Shown piece by piece: positions 55,501-63,681 of a stretch of 64,000 nt of DNA. The stretch is taken from positions 32,001 through 96,000 of IMG/VR virus record IMGVR_UViG_3300030098_006570, one strand, 5' to 3'. The notes under the pieces are model-generated. The model worked only from the letters and a program-made list of their open reading frames with translations. It searched no databases and was not told where the DNA came from. Position 1 is the first letter of the stretch, and every line of letters starts with the position of its first letter. The stretch is from a virus. A program made the position numbers and the translations under genes.

Positions 55501-58221
55501 AATCTGTGCCGCAATGTCCCCTAGCCGGTCGTTGATAGAGGTAATAGCATCAACAAAATCAGGATCCGCAAAGACATCACCCAGGACCTGGAAACTTGCC
55601 TGGAGCGCGCTGATATTTGGGACACCGGCACAGTTCGGGCTCCCCAGTGCCTCTTCGAGGTTGGTCGCGAATTCAGAAAAACCTGTCATCACATCCTGAA
55701 GCATATCCTCGGCCGCGCTGCCGAGATCGGCGCCCTCTTCATTCTGTGGGGTGGGTAAAAACTTATTCATTATATCTAAGGTAGCTTGGCCCTTGGTAGA
55801 GGCCCCCCCATTACTACCCGCAACCACGCCGGGCTCCAATAATGTATCGAGTACGGCCTCTGTCGAATTAATAAACTGCAGTTCAATTGCTTCTGTAGTA
55901 AAATTGAGAATCTGGGGAACACTACGTTCAATGAGAGGATTGCTGATGAACCCTTCTTTATCGGGACAATCAAAATTGATTGGGGGAAGATCTAGTTGTA
56001 GACCGTTCTCAATAAGGTCCAACAGCGAATCTATATCCTGTGCATCTATGGCATTTGCGACATCTTCTTCTGTTAGACAAATGTTGTCTTGATTTATCTC
56101 ATACGCGCCGTCAACTATCTCATCACATAATGATGTCACATCAACAATTTCCGAAAGATTGGCAAAAAAGGCCATCACCGCATTGACGGTCAACAACTGA
56201 GTATTTACATAGGGATGCGGATAGGTTCTATTATAATCAATGATACGAAGACTTAGTTCATCGCTCACCAAGTCCCGATTGGTAAACAATAGGCAAATTT
56301 CAAGAGAACTTAAAATATTGGACAAGTCTTGCAAATAAGCATACAGGTCATCTGGTGGCATGGGACGATTTAGTAGAGCAGCCGCATTTGGATTGGCGCC
56401 ATAAATATTCCCAGGAGTTTGGGGGAGAAACTCGGTGATGTCACGAGCACCATAATCATTCGCATAAGGATTATTAAAATCACAAGCCTCACTTATCAGC
56501 TTGGCCAGCTCCTTCATAATTTCCAATACAGCGTTGCGTAAACCATCCAACAACGCCTTGAGTATCTGCTTCCAAATATCTCCTGTAAGAGAGAAGGGCT
56601 TAAACATCTCTAGATCAATATCGGGCTTACTAATTTCATTTTTGGGCAATTCCGGGGGAAGATAAATACTTCCCGCTTGGTTGGTCAAAGCCCGCTGAAC
56701 CGCCTGGTTGATTCTGGCCATCTCTGGCGCTATGCCCAACGTTAAGCATCGGAAAGCTTCCTTTGCTAATTCACTTACACCAAACTGACGAAAGACCAAA
56801 TCTAGAGGAGAATTCTTTTTTACAAAACCTAGCGGACCTTGAGTTAGGAGCTGATCTAACTTTTTACTTACATTGATGCCCGCTTTGAGGACCGCAGCTT
56901 TCTGTTCTGCGAATACTTTGGCTGCTAACTCAGGATTTTCTAGTACTTTTTCTTTAAGTTCCTTGACCTGTTCCGAAGTAAGGGCAGCCTCCATTCCATC
57001 AGAAAGGGCTTGAGTATTTATGGGAATGCCTGCGTCTTTGGCGGCCTTAATAAATCCCTGATGAGCCTCTTCGGCTGCATTTTCAGTAATAGGAGTGACG
57101 AAATCAAACTGATCCCAATTATCCTCGAAGTTGAACTGACCACCTCCCAGTTGCATAAAGCTGCCGGTCCCAACAGTGTCGACAAAATCGAGAAAAGAAT
57201 AGCCGGTATTACCTACAATGCCAGGGGGCTGCTGTTGCATCCTCTGCATACCCTCCAGGACATCCTCATAGTTCTTCATGAGGCTCAGCCCTAACTTATC
57301 ATGCATAAGCGGGTTGTACTTGACATTGGTAAGATAGCCAACTGCTAATGTCTGTGTTGCCGGCGACTCTTCCTCTACAAAATACTCCATTTTCGAGATG
57401 GCAATCTTATCCTCTTTGTCTGCATAAGTACCGAAATAAATTGTCAAACTATCGGCTTCATTAAAATCTTGAACATCATTTTTAGAATTGAATTGCTTTA
57501 CTAGGACTTGCACAAAAAGGCTAAGAAATTTTTGAATATCTCTTTGGAAAAAAGTAAGGTCCAGCGCCGGAGTACTATTTGCAGGCATCGTAAGGAGTTG
57601 AAGAAAAAACCTCTGAAACCCTTGGGCGAAAACGTCTGCGGATGACAGAACATCAGTGAGAAGGAACGTTGTCTGAGAGTCGGGGGCCGTAATACCCCCG
57701 TCCTCTTGAAGGCTGTTGAAGTATTCTACTACCGGAGCCATGGGAGGAAGACCGGCAAAACCTACAAGTTCGCCCTCTTGGTTATAGATTCTTTGTTGAG
57801 AGGGCGCATAGGTCCCGTCCCCTATAGTGCGACGGACACTATCCACCGACTCGCCGCGGTTCGGGCTATAGCTTGCGACCACGTACGACCGATCGAAAGG
57901 AGGCGCTGCGCTGTGATAATAGCCGGCTACGGCTACCTGGCTTGTCAGCTGGGCGCGGAGCACTTCATAGGTGTCCTGATATTCCGGGACATCAGGAAAT
58001 ATATTCCCCAAATCTTCAGCTAGTCCGGGCCAATACTCCGGATAATAATGCATCATAAAGCGATCTATAGCTTCTTCCTTAAGAGAGGGGGCACGTGCTT
58101 GAAAATCGGCGTTATCGGTGATGCGAGTTTCAGTGTGTAAGCGCACATAATAACGTCCCTTTTCGAAAAAAGGAATGTTAGGGGTGGCGCGTCTGAATTT
58201 CTTTCCTGTGAGTTTGGCCAT
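52585..58221 (-). CDS. Large acidic helical virion protein (1878 aa), function unknown
   Basis: Long ORF between the spike and gp25 genes. Confidence 0.65.
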   Translation of the reverse strand: MAKLTGKKFRRATPNIPFFEKGRYYVRLHTETRITDNADFQARAPSLKEEAIDRFMMHYYPEYWPGLAEDLGNIFPDVPEYQDTYEVLRAQLTSQVAVAGYYHSAAPPFDRSYVVASYSPNRGESVDSVRRTIGDGTYAPSQQRIYNQEGELVGFAGLPPMAPVVEYFNSLQEDGGITAPDSQTTFLLTDVLSSADVFAQGFQRFFLQLLTMPANSTPALDLTFFQRDIQKFLSLFVQVLVKQFNSKNDVQDFNEADSLTIYFGTYADKEDKIAISKMEYFVEEESPATQTLAVGYLTNVKYNPLMHDKLGLSLMKNYEDVLEGMQRMQQQPPGIVGNTGYSFLDFVDTVGTGSFMQLGGGQFNFEDNWDQFDFVTPITENAAEEAHQGFIKAAKDAGIPINTQALSDGMEAALTSEQVKELKEKVLENPELAAKVFAEQKAAVLKAGINVSKKLDQLLTQGPLGFVKKNSPLDLVFRQFGVSELAKEAFRCLTLGIAPEMARINQAVQRALTNQAGSIYLPPELPKNEISKPDIDLEMFKPFSLTGDIWKQILKALLDGLRNAVLEIMKELAKLISEACDFNNPYANDYGARDITEFLPQTPGNIYGANPNAAALLNRPMPPDDLYAYLQDLSNILSSLEICLLFTNRDLVSDELSLRIIDYNRTYPHPYVNTQLLTVNAVMAFFANLSEIVDVTSLCDEIVDGAYEINQDNICLTEEDVANAIDAQDIDSLLDLIENGLQLDLPPINFDCPDKEGFISNPLIERSVPQILNFTTEAIELQFINSTEAVLDTLLEPGVVAGSNGGASTKGQATLDIMNKFLPTPQNEEGADLGSAAEDMLQDVMTGFSEFATNLEEALGSPNCAGVPNISALQASFQVLGDVFADPDFVDAITSINDRLGDIAAQITSSDGPGPNNLRATYSFPSNYLSNFTNYIASAPTFNNTTERVEANHYVATSADESLNTGSLATWNPTLADPDAVIVTNIGAGALAYRDLSLTYNFSTIGRKDSLTLSYPRFNTAVAMGGGEDAENLSFAEVQISASGIGTILPPKAEFQISSSVLDVLGSHFYPVATGVDQEMGMRLQTNPYVYRFTGPVATGLQPILQDTTTLEQNLIITEEIETWLYPSLYAGLTKAMFNYIAANGVFDAAGVRALQFFKDNSNCPPQAAADLLDADGILRQVKEEFLESACFDDDIPLDDKIRYAVLLSLFLNLIQIEVAEFVIKNIFAFAAFNVNELMSDPVIAQFMTAQILGDLERRINQQPDMRRAIQEYYNRKMGRAVVASRGGILDHNEAVVFPVGTIFTDANWLELLSYLVNQRIHWGRTAMSNSVRLATPQGQFKKTYNQAFIQDILGFTSLRNPSMDLEPGHNILSRTNGSPLAYGTLALERVVVWDGITGGDAPEALELTRELGGELELSEFRNTFYGGDTSPPYIEGSHNILLPDFDFSFVNLRVKTRLVYFLPSTTNSLDTEFTSQSNNELQGQGTSADIAVESYASLLISRIGHMQDLDQSQNNLFALTEASADALIEDQASLFTYEDGRPVDTPLLYNNVGYVDTPLIRVTIADFEVENDQWDAFLPDSAFELLRDQLDDWLATGPLTIQQQNARNAEVTRIANNPVYKQIFGETFIQSFITMVPMYQNFYLTERYFEQIDQTYGATKAFIVNAFLDVLYNREEQEDPGNDRAAARAAIQNTQGPEFAATMQSMGRDFILKMLIETPIMILKGLAEMIDPHVAIWKVVRNITGTAFSEIIKVIDAAPPLAELKEQTGLEITGEQLLGVMLCLVEFGMQSGLEAAISASPPPLNNAANNEELINNILPKFTLDGVDFTGTLTGMIMLPPLPFGVLYILLELAKKAIEDDLDGEETEVSGEESLPEC

Positions 58222-58223
58222 AT

Positions 58224-59234
58224 CTAATTTGTATTGTTATATTTGCTTAGCAAATATGAACTCTTTCCTCGACGGACCGTTTCAGCGCCAGCGGGAGCTT
58301 CAATATACTTTTGCTGAAGACTGGTTAGTTTCATCATTTGTTTGTAACATTCGGTTTCGACGTTTGTTACCAAATTAATGATACGCTTAAACCCTTCCGG
58401 TAAATTTTGGAAGTCTACAGAGGTAGGGGATCCATAAAATGGACTAAAGTGCGTGTGAAACACCATCTGTATCTGGAATTGTCTATTATAATCTAAGAAG
58501 GTGAGGAAAATATCTCGCAAATCATGAATGGCGCCGAGGGTCTCTTGGAGAAACTCCACTAAGTTGTCACCCTTCACTAAAGGTTGCATGTCACGATCGT
58601 CGTTCAGGGCTATCAAATCAATACCATAGCCTGTTGTAACAGCATTATTTAGTTCTCCTCCTTGAGAATTCTGACGATCGGTACGAGTCACAAGCTTGAT
58701 ATTTTCGCGCGCGATAAAACGTAATGTATCAGCTTTGAGTGCAACTGTAGAGCGAGGATCACCGGTGCTCGTATTTCCCACTGTGCCCTCAGCCAAACCA
58801 AAATACTTGTCCACATTCGATTTCTGACTGAGATAGACGCGGGCGGAATCTAGCTTGAAATTGGGGTTTGTCTCAACCGGGCGTCCATCATCATAAAAAG
58901 CAGAGCCACGAGATCCTAAACGACCGACAACCAAATCCAGAGATGCACAGTGAGTATTGCCGCGTTGGCCATAGCCCGATAGAAGATTATGGGGTCGATC
59001 CACTCCAAAAACGATCCAGGCATTGCCGCGATTATATACTTCTTCGTCTTTAGATTCGATATAGGTGGGAGTATCGAAGTTTGGCCTACTAGTTTTCCCT
59101 AGTCCAAAAAAAGCCGCCTTGTCTTCAGGATTAGATAACGCCTCAAATTGCTGGCGCAAATACCGCGGTAGCTTGGAGGGGTCGATAGCTTTGGCGTTTT
59201 TCTGTGCTTTCAGATTAATATTAGATTTTGACAT
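58224..59234 (-). CDS. Central spike protein (gp5 C-terminal/gp138-like)
   Basis: Likely start MSKSNINL at 59234. Beta-strand repeats (ARVYLSQKS, VALKADTLRFIARENIKL), QPLVKGDNL, and an HTH apex motif. Confidence 0.7.
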   Translation of the reverse strand: MSKSNINLKAQKNAKAIDPSKLPRYLRQQFEALSNPEDKAAFFGLGKTSRPNFDTPTYIESKDEEVYNRGNAWIVFGVDRPHNLLSGYGQRGNTHCASLDLVVGRLGSRGSAFYDDGRPVETNPNFKLDSARVYLSQKSNVDKYFGLAEGTVGNTSTGDPRSTVALKADTLRFIARENIKLVTRTDRQNSQGGELNNAVTTGYGIDLIALNDDRDMQPLVKGDNLVEFLQETLGAIHDLRDIFLTFLDYNRQFQIQMVFHTHFSPFYGSPTSVDFQNLPEGFKRIINLVTNVETECYKQMMKLTSLQQKYIEAPAGAETVRRGKSSYLLSKYNNTN

Positions 59235-59238
59235 GATA

Positions 59239-60495
59239 TTACGCCTGATAGAACAGGCTGCGCTCCCTTTCGCGGAGCCGATTGACACCCGCTAAATATT
59301 TTTCCTCGCCGCGCCGGAGATAACCCATCTGACCATATACAGTAAAGGCTTCCGCGGCTCCCTTATAATCAGGAGGAGTTTGAGCCAAGTAGGGTTTGAT
59401 AATATATTTGTTGACGTTTCCTTCACCGGCGTTGTAAACAGCCGACATCAGAGCATCAAACTGGTTCTGTGTAACTTTGACGTTATTGGCTGCCCGCAAC
59501 ATTTGAACTAACTTCTTCTCCCTTTTCTTGATATCTTGATCAAAGAGCGCCTCGGCTTCGGCCTGGGTCAACGTCGGAGCTGGCGCCCTATTGTTCTTGC
59601 CGTCGGGCGGTACTCCGCCTTTGAGCCATTCCGCGGGGATCTGGCCTGCTGCTTCAAGTTCATGACACGGCTTAAGACCCCCAACCAGGTGCCCAATACC
59701 CACCGTACAATAATTCAAAGGATCATTATAAAGCTCTAACACCACACCCTCGGCCTTCCTTTTTTTGTCTACAGCTGCCTGGGACATAGCAGTAACAAGG
59801 GGAGCATCTGCTCCCGGTACAGGAGGGGTGCCAGGCAGAGGTGTAGGACCACTTCCATCTCCCAGGGCCGAAGCGGTGGCTCCCTTGAACTGAGAAGCAA
59901 GATCAGCCTGGATCTTCCCAAAACCATCCAACAATACGAAGTCTTGGTTGCTTCCCTCTACAATCTTTGGACCAAACAGGCGATGGCGATCTTCATATTC
60001 TACATCTACGACCGCGCCGATGGGGAGAGCGAGTAGGTCGTTGCGGCCCGCAACTGTAAATATGTCAGGATAGGTCTTGATGACTGGGTCTTCTGCGTTT
60101 TTGGGAGCGGGACGAGGTTCTAGTTCGGGAATATAAACCTTATAAGCAACGCGGCCAGGGCTACGGTAAGGATCATCCCTCCCGCCGCTCGTGCGCGACT
60201 GTACGGCGCCGGCATCGGAAGTTCCCTCAAGATTGGTGGCGACATAGCCTTGCAACAAATCCATCCGATTACTGTAGCGTGGCATTGTAATAACCCGGCG
60301 ATTAACTATGATTCCCTTGAAGCGTTGGATAGTTTGTAGGGTGCTAACTCCATAGGCCCGGCTTGTGGCGGCATTCAGCGCATTCAAACTGCTGGTTCGC
60401 CGGCGATCGCCCGAGTGTGCCACATTTTTGTCTTCGAGGGGATTGAGAGTACCAAAGGGTAAATCCTCTGTAAGATTAAGTTTCCCCGACGCCAT
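59239..60495 (-). CDS. Baseplate hub protein: OB-fold-like domain + GH24 lysozyme
   Basis: EGVVLELYNDPLNYCTVGIGH gives the E-x8-D-x5-T triad; also TQNQFDALMSAVYNAG and RERERSLF. The N-terminal YKVYIPEL...LPIGAVVDVEY resembles the gp5 OB fold. Confidence 0.85.
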   Translation of the reverse strand: MASGKLNLTEDLPFGTLNPLEDKNVAHSGDRRRTSSLNALNAATSRAYGVSTLQTIQRFKGIIVNRRVITMPRYSNRMDLLQGYVATNLEGTSDAGAVQSRTSGGRDDPYRSPGRVAYKVYIPELEPRPAPKNAEDPVIKTYPDIFTVAGRNDLLALPIGAVVDVEYEDRHRLFGPKIVEGSNQDFVLLDGFGKIQADLASQFKGATASALGDGSGPTPLPGTPPVPGADAPLVTAMSQAAVDKKRKAEGVVLELYNDPLNYCTVGIGHLVGGLKPCHELEAAGQIPAEWLKGGVPPDGKNNRAPAPTLTQAEAEALFDQDIKKREKKLVQMLRAANNVKVTQNQFDALMSAVYNAGEGNVNKYIIKPYLAQTPPDYKGAAEAFTVYGQMGYLRRGEEKYLAGVNRLRERERSLFYQA

Positions 60496-60793
60496 TTCCG
60501 GCCTCCTCGTTCAATAAATCAAATAATTGTTCTTTGTCATCGGCCGTCAGACCAAACTGTTGAGATTTTTGTTTTTGTACAAGCGCTGCCAATTTCACCA
60601 GTTGTTCGTTAGATCTCTGCAGATTTTCTACATACTTAGCGGCGATCGAACCCATTTCCTTACGAGCCACATCAGACATTTTCATGTCATTGATAGTATC
60701 CATCAGTAACGACTTGGCCATTGCGCGGTCTTCACGAATATTGGTTGTCGTTTCGGCTATATAGTCATCTAAGGTAAGGTTCTTTTTACTCAT
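60476..60793 (-). CDS. Hypothetical helical protein (105 aa)
   Basis: Clean ORF coupled to the sigma factor and lysozyme genes. Confidence 0.65.
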   Translation of the reverse strand: MSKKNLTLDDYIAETTTNIREDRAMAKSLLMDTINDMKMSDVARKEMGSIAAKYVENLQRSNEQLVKLAALVQKQKSQQFGLTADDKEQLFDLLNEEAGNGVGET

Positions 60794-60794
60794 T

Positions 60795-61517
60795 TTATAT
60801 CTCTCCGCTTTCCCACTTCTTTCGAAACGCCCTATAATGTTTGCGTAGTTTATTCAAATTATTGACTACCTGTTTGGTGTTCAGTCCTGTTATTTCACGC
60901 AGATATAAATAAATAGCTTTTTTGTTGAAAATTTCAATGGTGTCGGCCGAATCCAAAAGAATCCGAACCGCCATCAAAACCTTTCGCTCGTTTTCCTTGA
61001 GCATAATGGCATCCCAGGTGTCTATCTCTTTATAGAGAGAAAGCCAAAACTCAACATCTTCGCGAGTCTCAATATAGTTGGGTTCTTCCGAGACACACTC
61101 TTCTCCCAATTCGGAGAGCATATCTTCCAAGAAAACTTCGGTACGATTTCGTTTTTGATTGCGCTTTACTTTATGAATAAACCAGTTTTTGGTTACAACC
61201 GAAAAGTAAGAAAATGCTTTTGAGCCCTTCGAAGGGTCGTATTTTTCTAAAATAGTTGTAAGCCAGATTTTACAATCGTCGCTCAATGAGTCTATATTCG
61301 GAAGGCTTGTGAATCTATAGGTATAAATAATCTTATCTACCATTTGATTAAAGGCAGGCTGGATAAGCTCTCCATATAATTTTTCTCTAAGATCCCGGTC
61401 TGGTGTTTGGCAATATGTGATTATTGCTTCTTCATGAACTTTGGTGAAATAATGGTTCTTGGTGCGCTTTCTACGTGGCTTCGATCGGCCTGGGATTATC
61501 TTCTTCTTCGATGTCAT
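60795..61517 (-). CDS. Late-transcription sigma factor, T4 gp55-like
   Basis: NHYFT..., YDPSKGSKAFSYFSVVTKNWFI (sigma region 2, like the gp55 FD...NPFAYFTQI motif). Confidence 0.75.
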   Translation of the reverse strand: MTSKKKIIPGRSKPRRKRTKNHYFTKVHEEAIITYCQTPDRDLREKLYGELIQPAFNQMVDKIIYTYRFTSLPNIDSLSDDCKIWLTTILEKYDPSKGSKAFSYFSVVTKNWFIHKVKRNQKRNRTEVFLEDMLSELGEECVSEEPNYIETREDVEFWLSLYKEIDTWDAIMLKENERKVLMAVRILLDSADTIEIFNKKAIYLYLREITGLNTKQVVNNLNKLRKHYRAFRKKWESGEI

Positions 61518-61806
61518 TTAATTCTTCCTCTAGTTCGATGTCCAGAGTATACTCGAATACCTCTCTAAATATCTCTATTTCCTCTGTAATACTTTTCGTA
61601 CGATGCATAAGCTCCTCAATCATAGGCTCACCATGATATGAATTCATGCCATACAGTGACTTGAGGAAAACTGAATAGGATCGAAATAGAAGATAGAGAT
61701 CTGATAAGTTTTCGGAGATAAAAATGAATTTTTGTAAGACTTTGACCACATACCACAACAAGAGAAGATTGAGAACACTGGACACTGTAACTATAAAGTA
61801 AATCAT
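61471..61806 (-). CDS. Hypothetical membrane-anchored protein
   Basis: N-terminal TM helix, acidic tail. Confidence 0.6.
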   Translation of the reverse strand: MIYFIVTVSSVLNLLLLWYVVKVLQKFIFISENLSDLYLLFRSYSVFLKSLYGMNSYHGEPMIEELMHRTKSITEEIEIFREVFEYTLDIELEEELNDIEEEDNPRPIEAT

Positions 61807-62057
61807 TTCTTTTTATTTCTCAACTCATCTTTTTGTCTCGCCAGCTCTTGGCGTGAATTTTTGATGAACTCTTCCGTAATAGACCCCACTTTCTGCGGTG
61901 CGTCTACAGTGGAGTGTGCGGTAGTAATCGGAGTGAGTAGTTTTGTGAGTGCATTCTCTGCGTCACACTTGGGGCATTGAGATATCGTTTCATCAGCAAG
62001 ATGAAACAGAGTCATTTCCTGTGTGCACACAGAACAGCGATACAAGTATCGCGGCAT
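61803..62057 (-). CDS. FmdB-family zinc-ribbon protein
   Basis: MPRYLYRCSVC...CPKC...LTKL. Confidence 0.85.
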   Translation of the reverse strand: MPRYLYRCSVCTQEMTLFHLADETISQCPKCDAENALTKLLTPITTAHSTVDAPQKVGSITEEFIKNSRQELARQKDELRNKKK

Positions 62058-62059
62058 CT

Positions 62060-62278
62060 CTACTCCTCGTCAGTCAAAGCATCCGTCGTTTCAGGAAGGA
62101 CAACGCCTTCGAAGTTAACAACCGGCGGGTTGGTGACAACCAGCGTAGAGTGGCTTGGGTCCTCAGGGTCATAGACAAAATCCATATTCTGTAAGACCGG
62201 CACAATATCGCTTTGTTCCATTAAAGATTTCTGGAGAGCCATCATAAGGGCTCCAAGTGCTTGATTTGATAACTTCAT
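62060..62278 (-). CDS. Hypothetical protein (72 aa)
   Basis: ATGA-coupled ORF within the operon. Confidence 0.6.
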   Translation of the reverse strand: MKLSNQALGALMMALQKSLMEQSDIVPVLQNMDFVYDPEDPSHSTLVVTNPPVVNFEGVVLPETTDALTDEE

Positions 62279-62499
62279 CGCCCGCCCGCCAATCTTTCAA
62301 GCGCTACAAGACGTTCGTGGATATTACGCAAGTGCTTTTCCATATCCCGACTGTGATCACGGAATGCAGAGCGCAGCATCTCATCCACTGTCTCTTTCAC
62401 TTCTGTTCGAGTGATTGCGGGCGGATGGTTCGTATTCTGCGCAGCCCGTGGGCTCTTTTTAGTTGCGGCCGCGGTGGGCCTAGTCGTGGTTTTTCTCAT
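62275..62499 (-). CDS. Hypothetical protein (74 aa)
   Basis: First gene after an AT-rich intergenic region, AAAGGA SD. Confidence 0.55.
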   Translation of the reverse strand: MRKTTTRPTAAATKKSPRAAQNTNHPPAITRTEVKETVDEMLRSAFRDHSRDMEKHLRNIHERLVALERLAGGR

Positions 62500-62540
62500 T
62501 TTATTATTTTCCTTTCTATGAATAATATTTTGTTTATATT

Positions 62541-62582
62541 ACAGTATATTATAAACTGTTCTCACACACTCATTAAGTAGTG
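62541..62582 (-). promoter_or_regulatory. Promoter region: TATAAT -10 inside an ACAGT/ACTGT inverted repeat, plus a late-type CTACTTAAT motif
   Basis: TATAAT at 62548-62553 (minus), flanking inverted repeat at 62541-62559, CACTACTTAAT at 62572-62582. Confidence 0.45.
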
Positions 62583-63271
62583 GCATGAAATTCTTTATAG
62601 AGGGCCTCCCCTACTCTAAATTGCCACTCATAGTCAATATCAAAGCTTTCCAATTCATTTATAACTACTAGTTCCAAATTGGGAGGTGCGGCAGTATCCA
62701 TCCAATAGCCCTCCCCTATAATATCTATACGACTTCCATAGAGACAATGAGCGGCCTCATAGACCGCATCAACATCCTTAGTGTCCATCCAGCTCCGTCC
62801 TTTCCAGTCAGTGAGGTGGTTTTTGTTTTGATCCCAGTAATAGGTTTTCTTTTCGGTCACGGCAAACGCTCCCTCATTCTCTGAGTGAATAAAAGACTCA
62901 ATAAAGGTATCGATGGTAGAAACCTCCAGAAGAGGATTGCAGCCGCTCACCATAATCACATATTTATATTGAGGGGGGAGTTTATCGTGCCATTCGAAAA
63001 TGGTGGCTAAGCGCTTTTCTTCTAAGGCTGACTCTTGAGACCTCTCGAAGATATTAATTTGATGACGGCGACCGATCTCTTTGATCGGTTCATCATAGGC
63101 GGAAAGAAAAATGTTTTCCCGCGGCAGAGACGTCAGTTTTTGTAGTTTACTAAAGAGAACATCGAGCAAGGTAGAACCAGCAAATGGGCGCACCATCTTG
63201 TTGGGCACACGCTTGGAAGCCAAGCGCGATTGTACCATGAGAGCGATCTCGCTTCTATCTTTCGGCATCAC
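62573..63271 (-). CDS. Acylneuraminate/nonulosonate cytidylyltransferase (NeuA/PseF-like)
   Basis: QSRLASKRVPNK..RPFAG..LL, GCNPLL, and ESFDIDYEWQF motifs. Confidence 0.88.
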   Translation of the reverse strand: MMPKDRSEIALMVQSRLASKRVPNKMVRPFAGSTLLDVLFSKLQKLTSLPRENIFLSAYDEPIKEIGRRHQINIFERSQESALEEKRLATIFEWHDKLPPQYKYVIMVSGCNPLLEVSTIDTFIESFIHSENEGAFAVTEKKTYYWDQNKNHLTDWKGRSWMDTKDVDAVYEAAHCLYGSRIDIIGEGYWMDTAAPPNLELVVINELESFDIDYEWQFRVGEALYKEFHATT

Positions 63272-63681
63272 TGCTCTTCTCCCTCAAAAATGTAATATTG
63301 TTTGACGAACCCGCACCCCTCAAATAGACGTACGCTCGCCAGATTAGATATGTGAACAATTGCTTTGAGATCTTTCTTTTTTAGTTCTTGAGAAACATAA
63401 ATGAGCATCTGTTTTCCCAAGCCTTTGCCCCGGGAGCCCTCGACCACAGCTATAGAGATATAGCCAGATGCATTGAACCCCACATATCCCACGGGGGCCG
63501 AGTCTTCCAAACAAATATAATACTTATCACCATGCGCTTTCATATAGTTCCGATGTTCTTCGGCAGTAATCTCATGCGAATGCATAGAGTTTTCTCGTGA
63601 CACCTTATCGTTCTTAAGTTTGCGGATGAATGCCCAGTATGAAGGGTTATTTTTAACTATGTGTGCCACGCAATCCTTCAA
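63268..63681 (-). CDS. GNAT N-acetyltransferase (PseH-like)
   Basis: ITAEEH..YM, SRGKGLGK acetyl-CoA motif, NLASVRLFEGCGF. Start codon uncertain. Confidence 0.82.
   Translation of the reverse strand: MKDCVAHIVKNNPSYWAFIRKLKNDKVSRENSMHSHEITAEEHRNYMKAHGDKYYICLEDSAPVGYVGFNASGYISIAVVEGSRGKGLGKQMLIYVSQELKKKDLKAIVHISNLASVRLFEGCGFVKQYYIFEGEEQ

Noticed and set aside
60476-60793. Small terminase assignment for the 105-aa helical protein (or for genes upstream of terL)
   Set aside because: Size is compatible but I could not recognise diagnostic gp16 motifs. Left as hypothetical.
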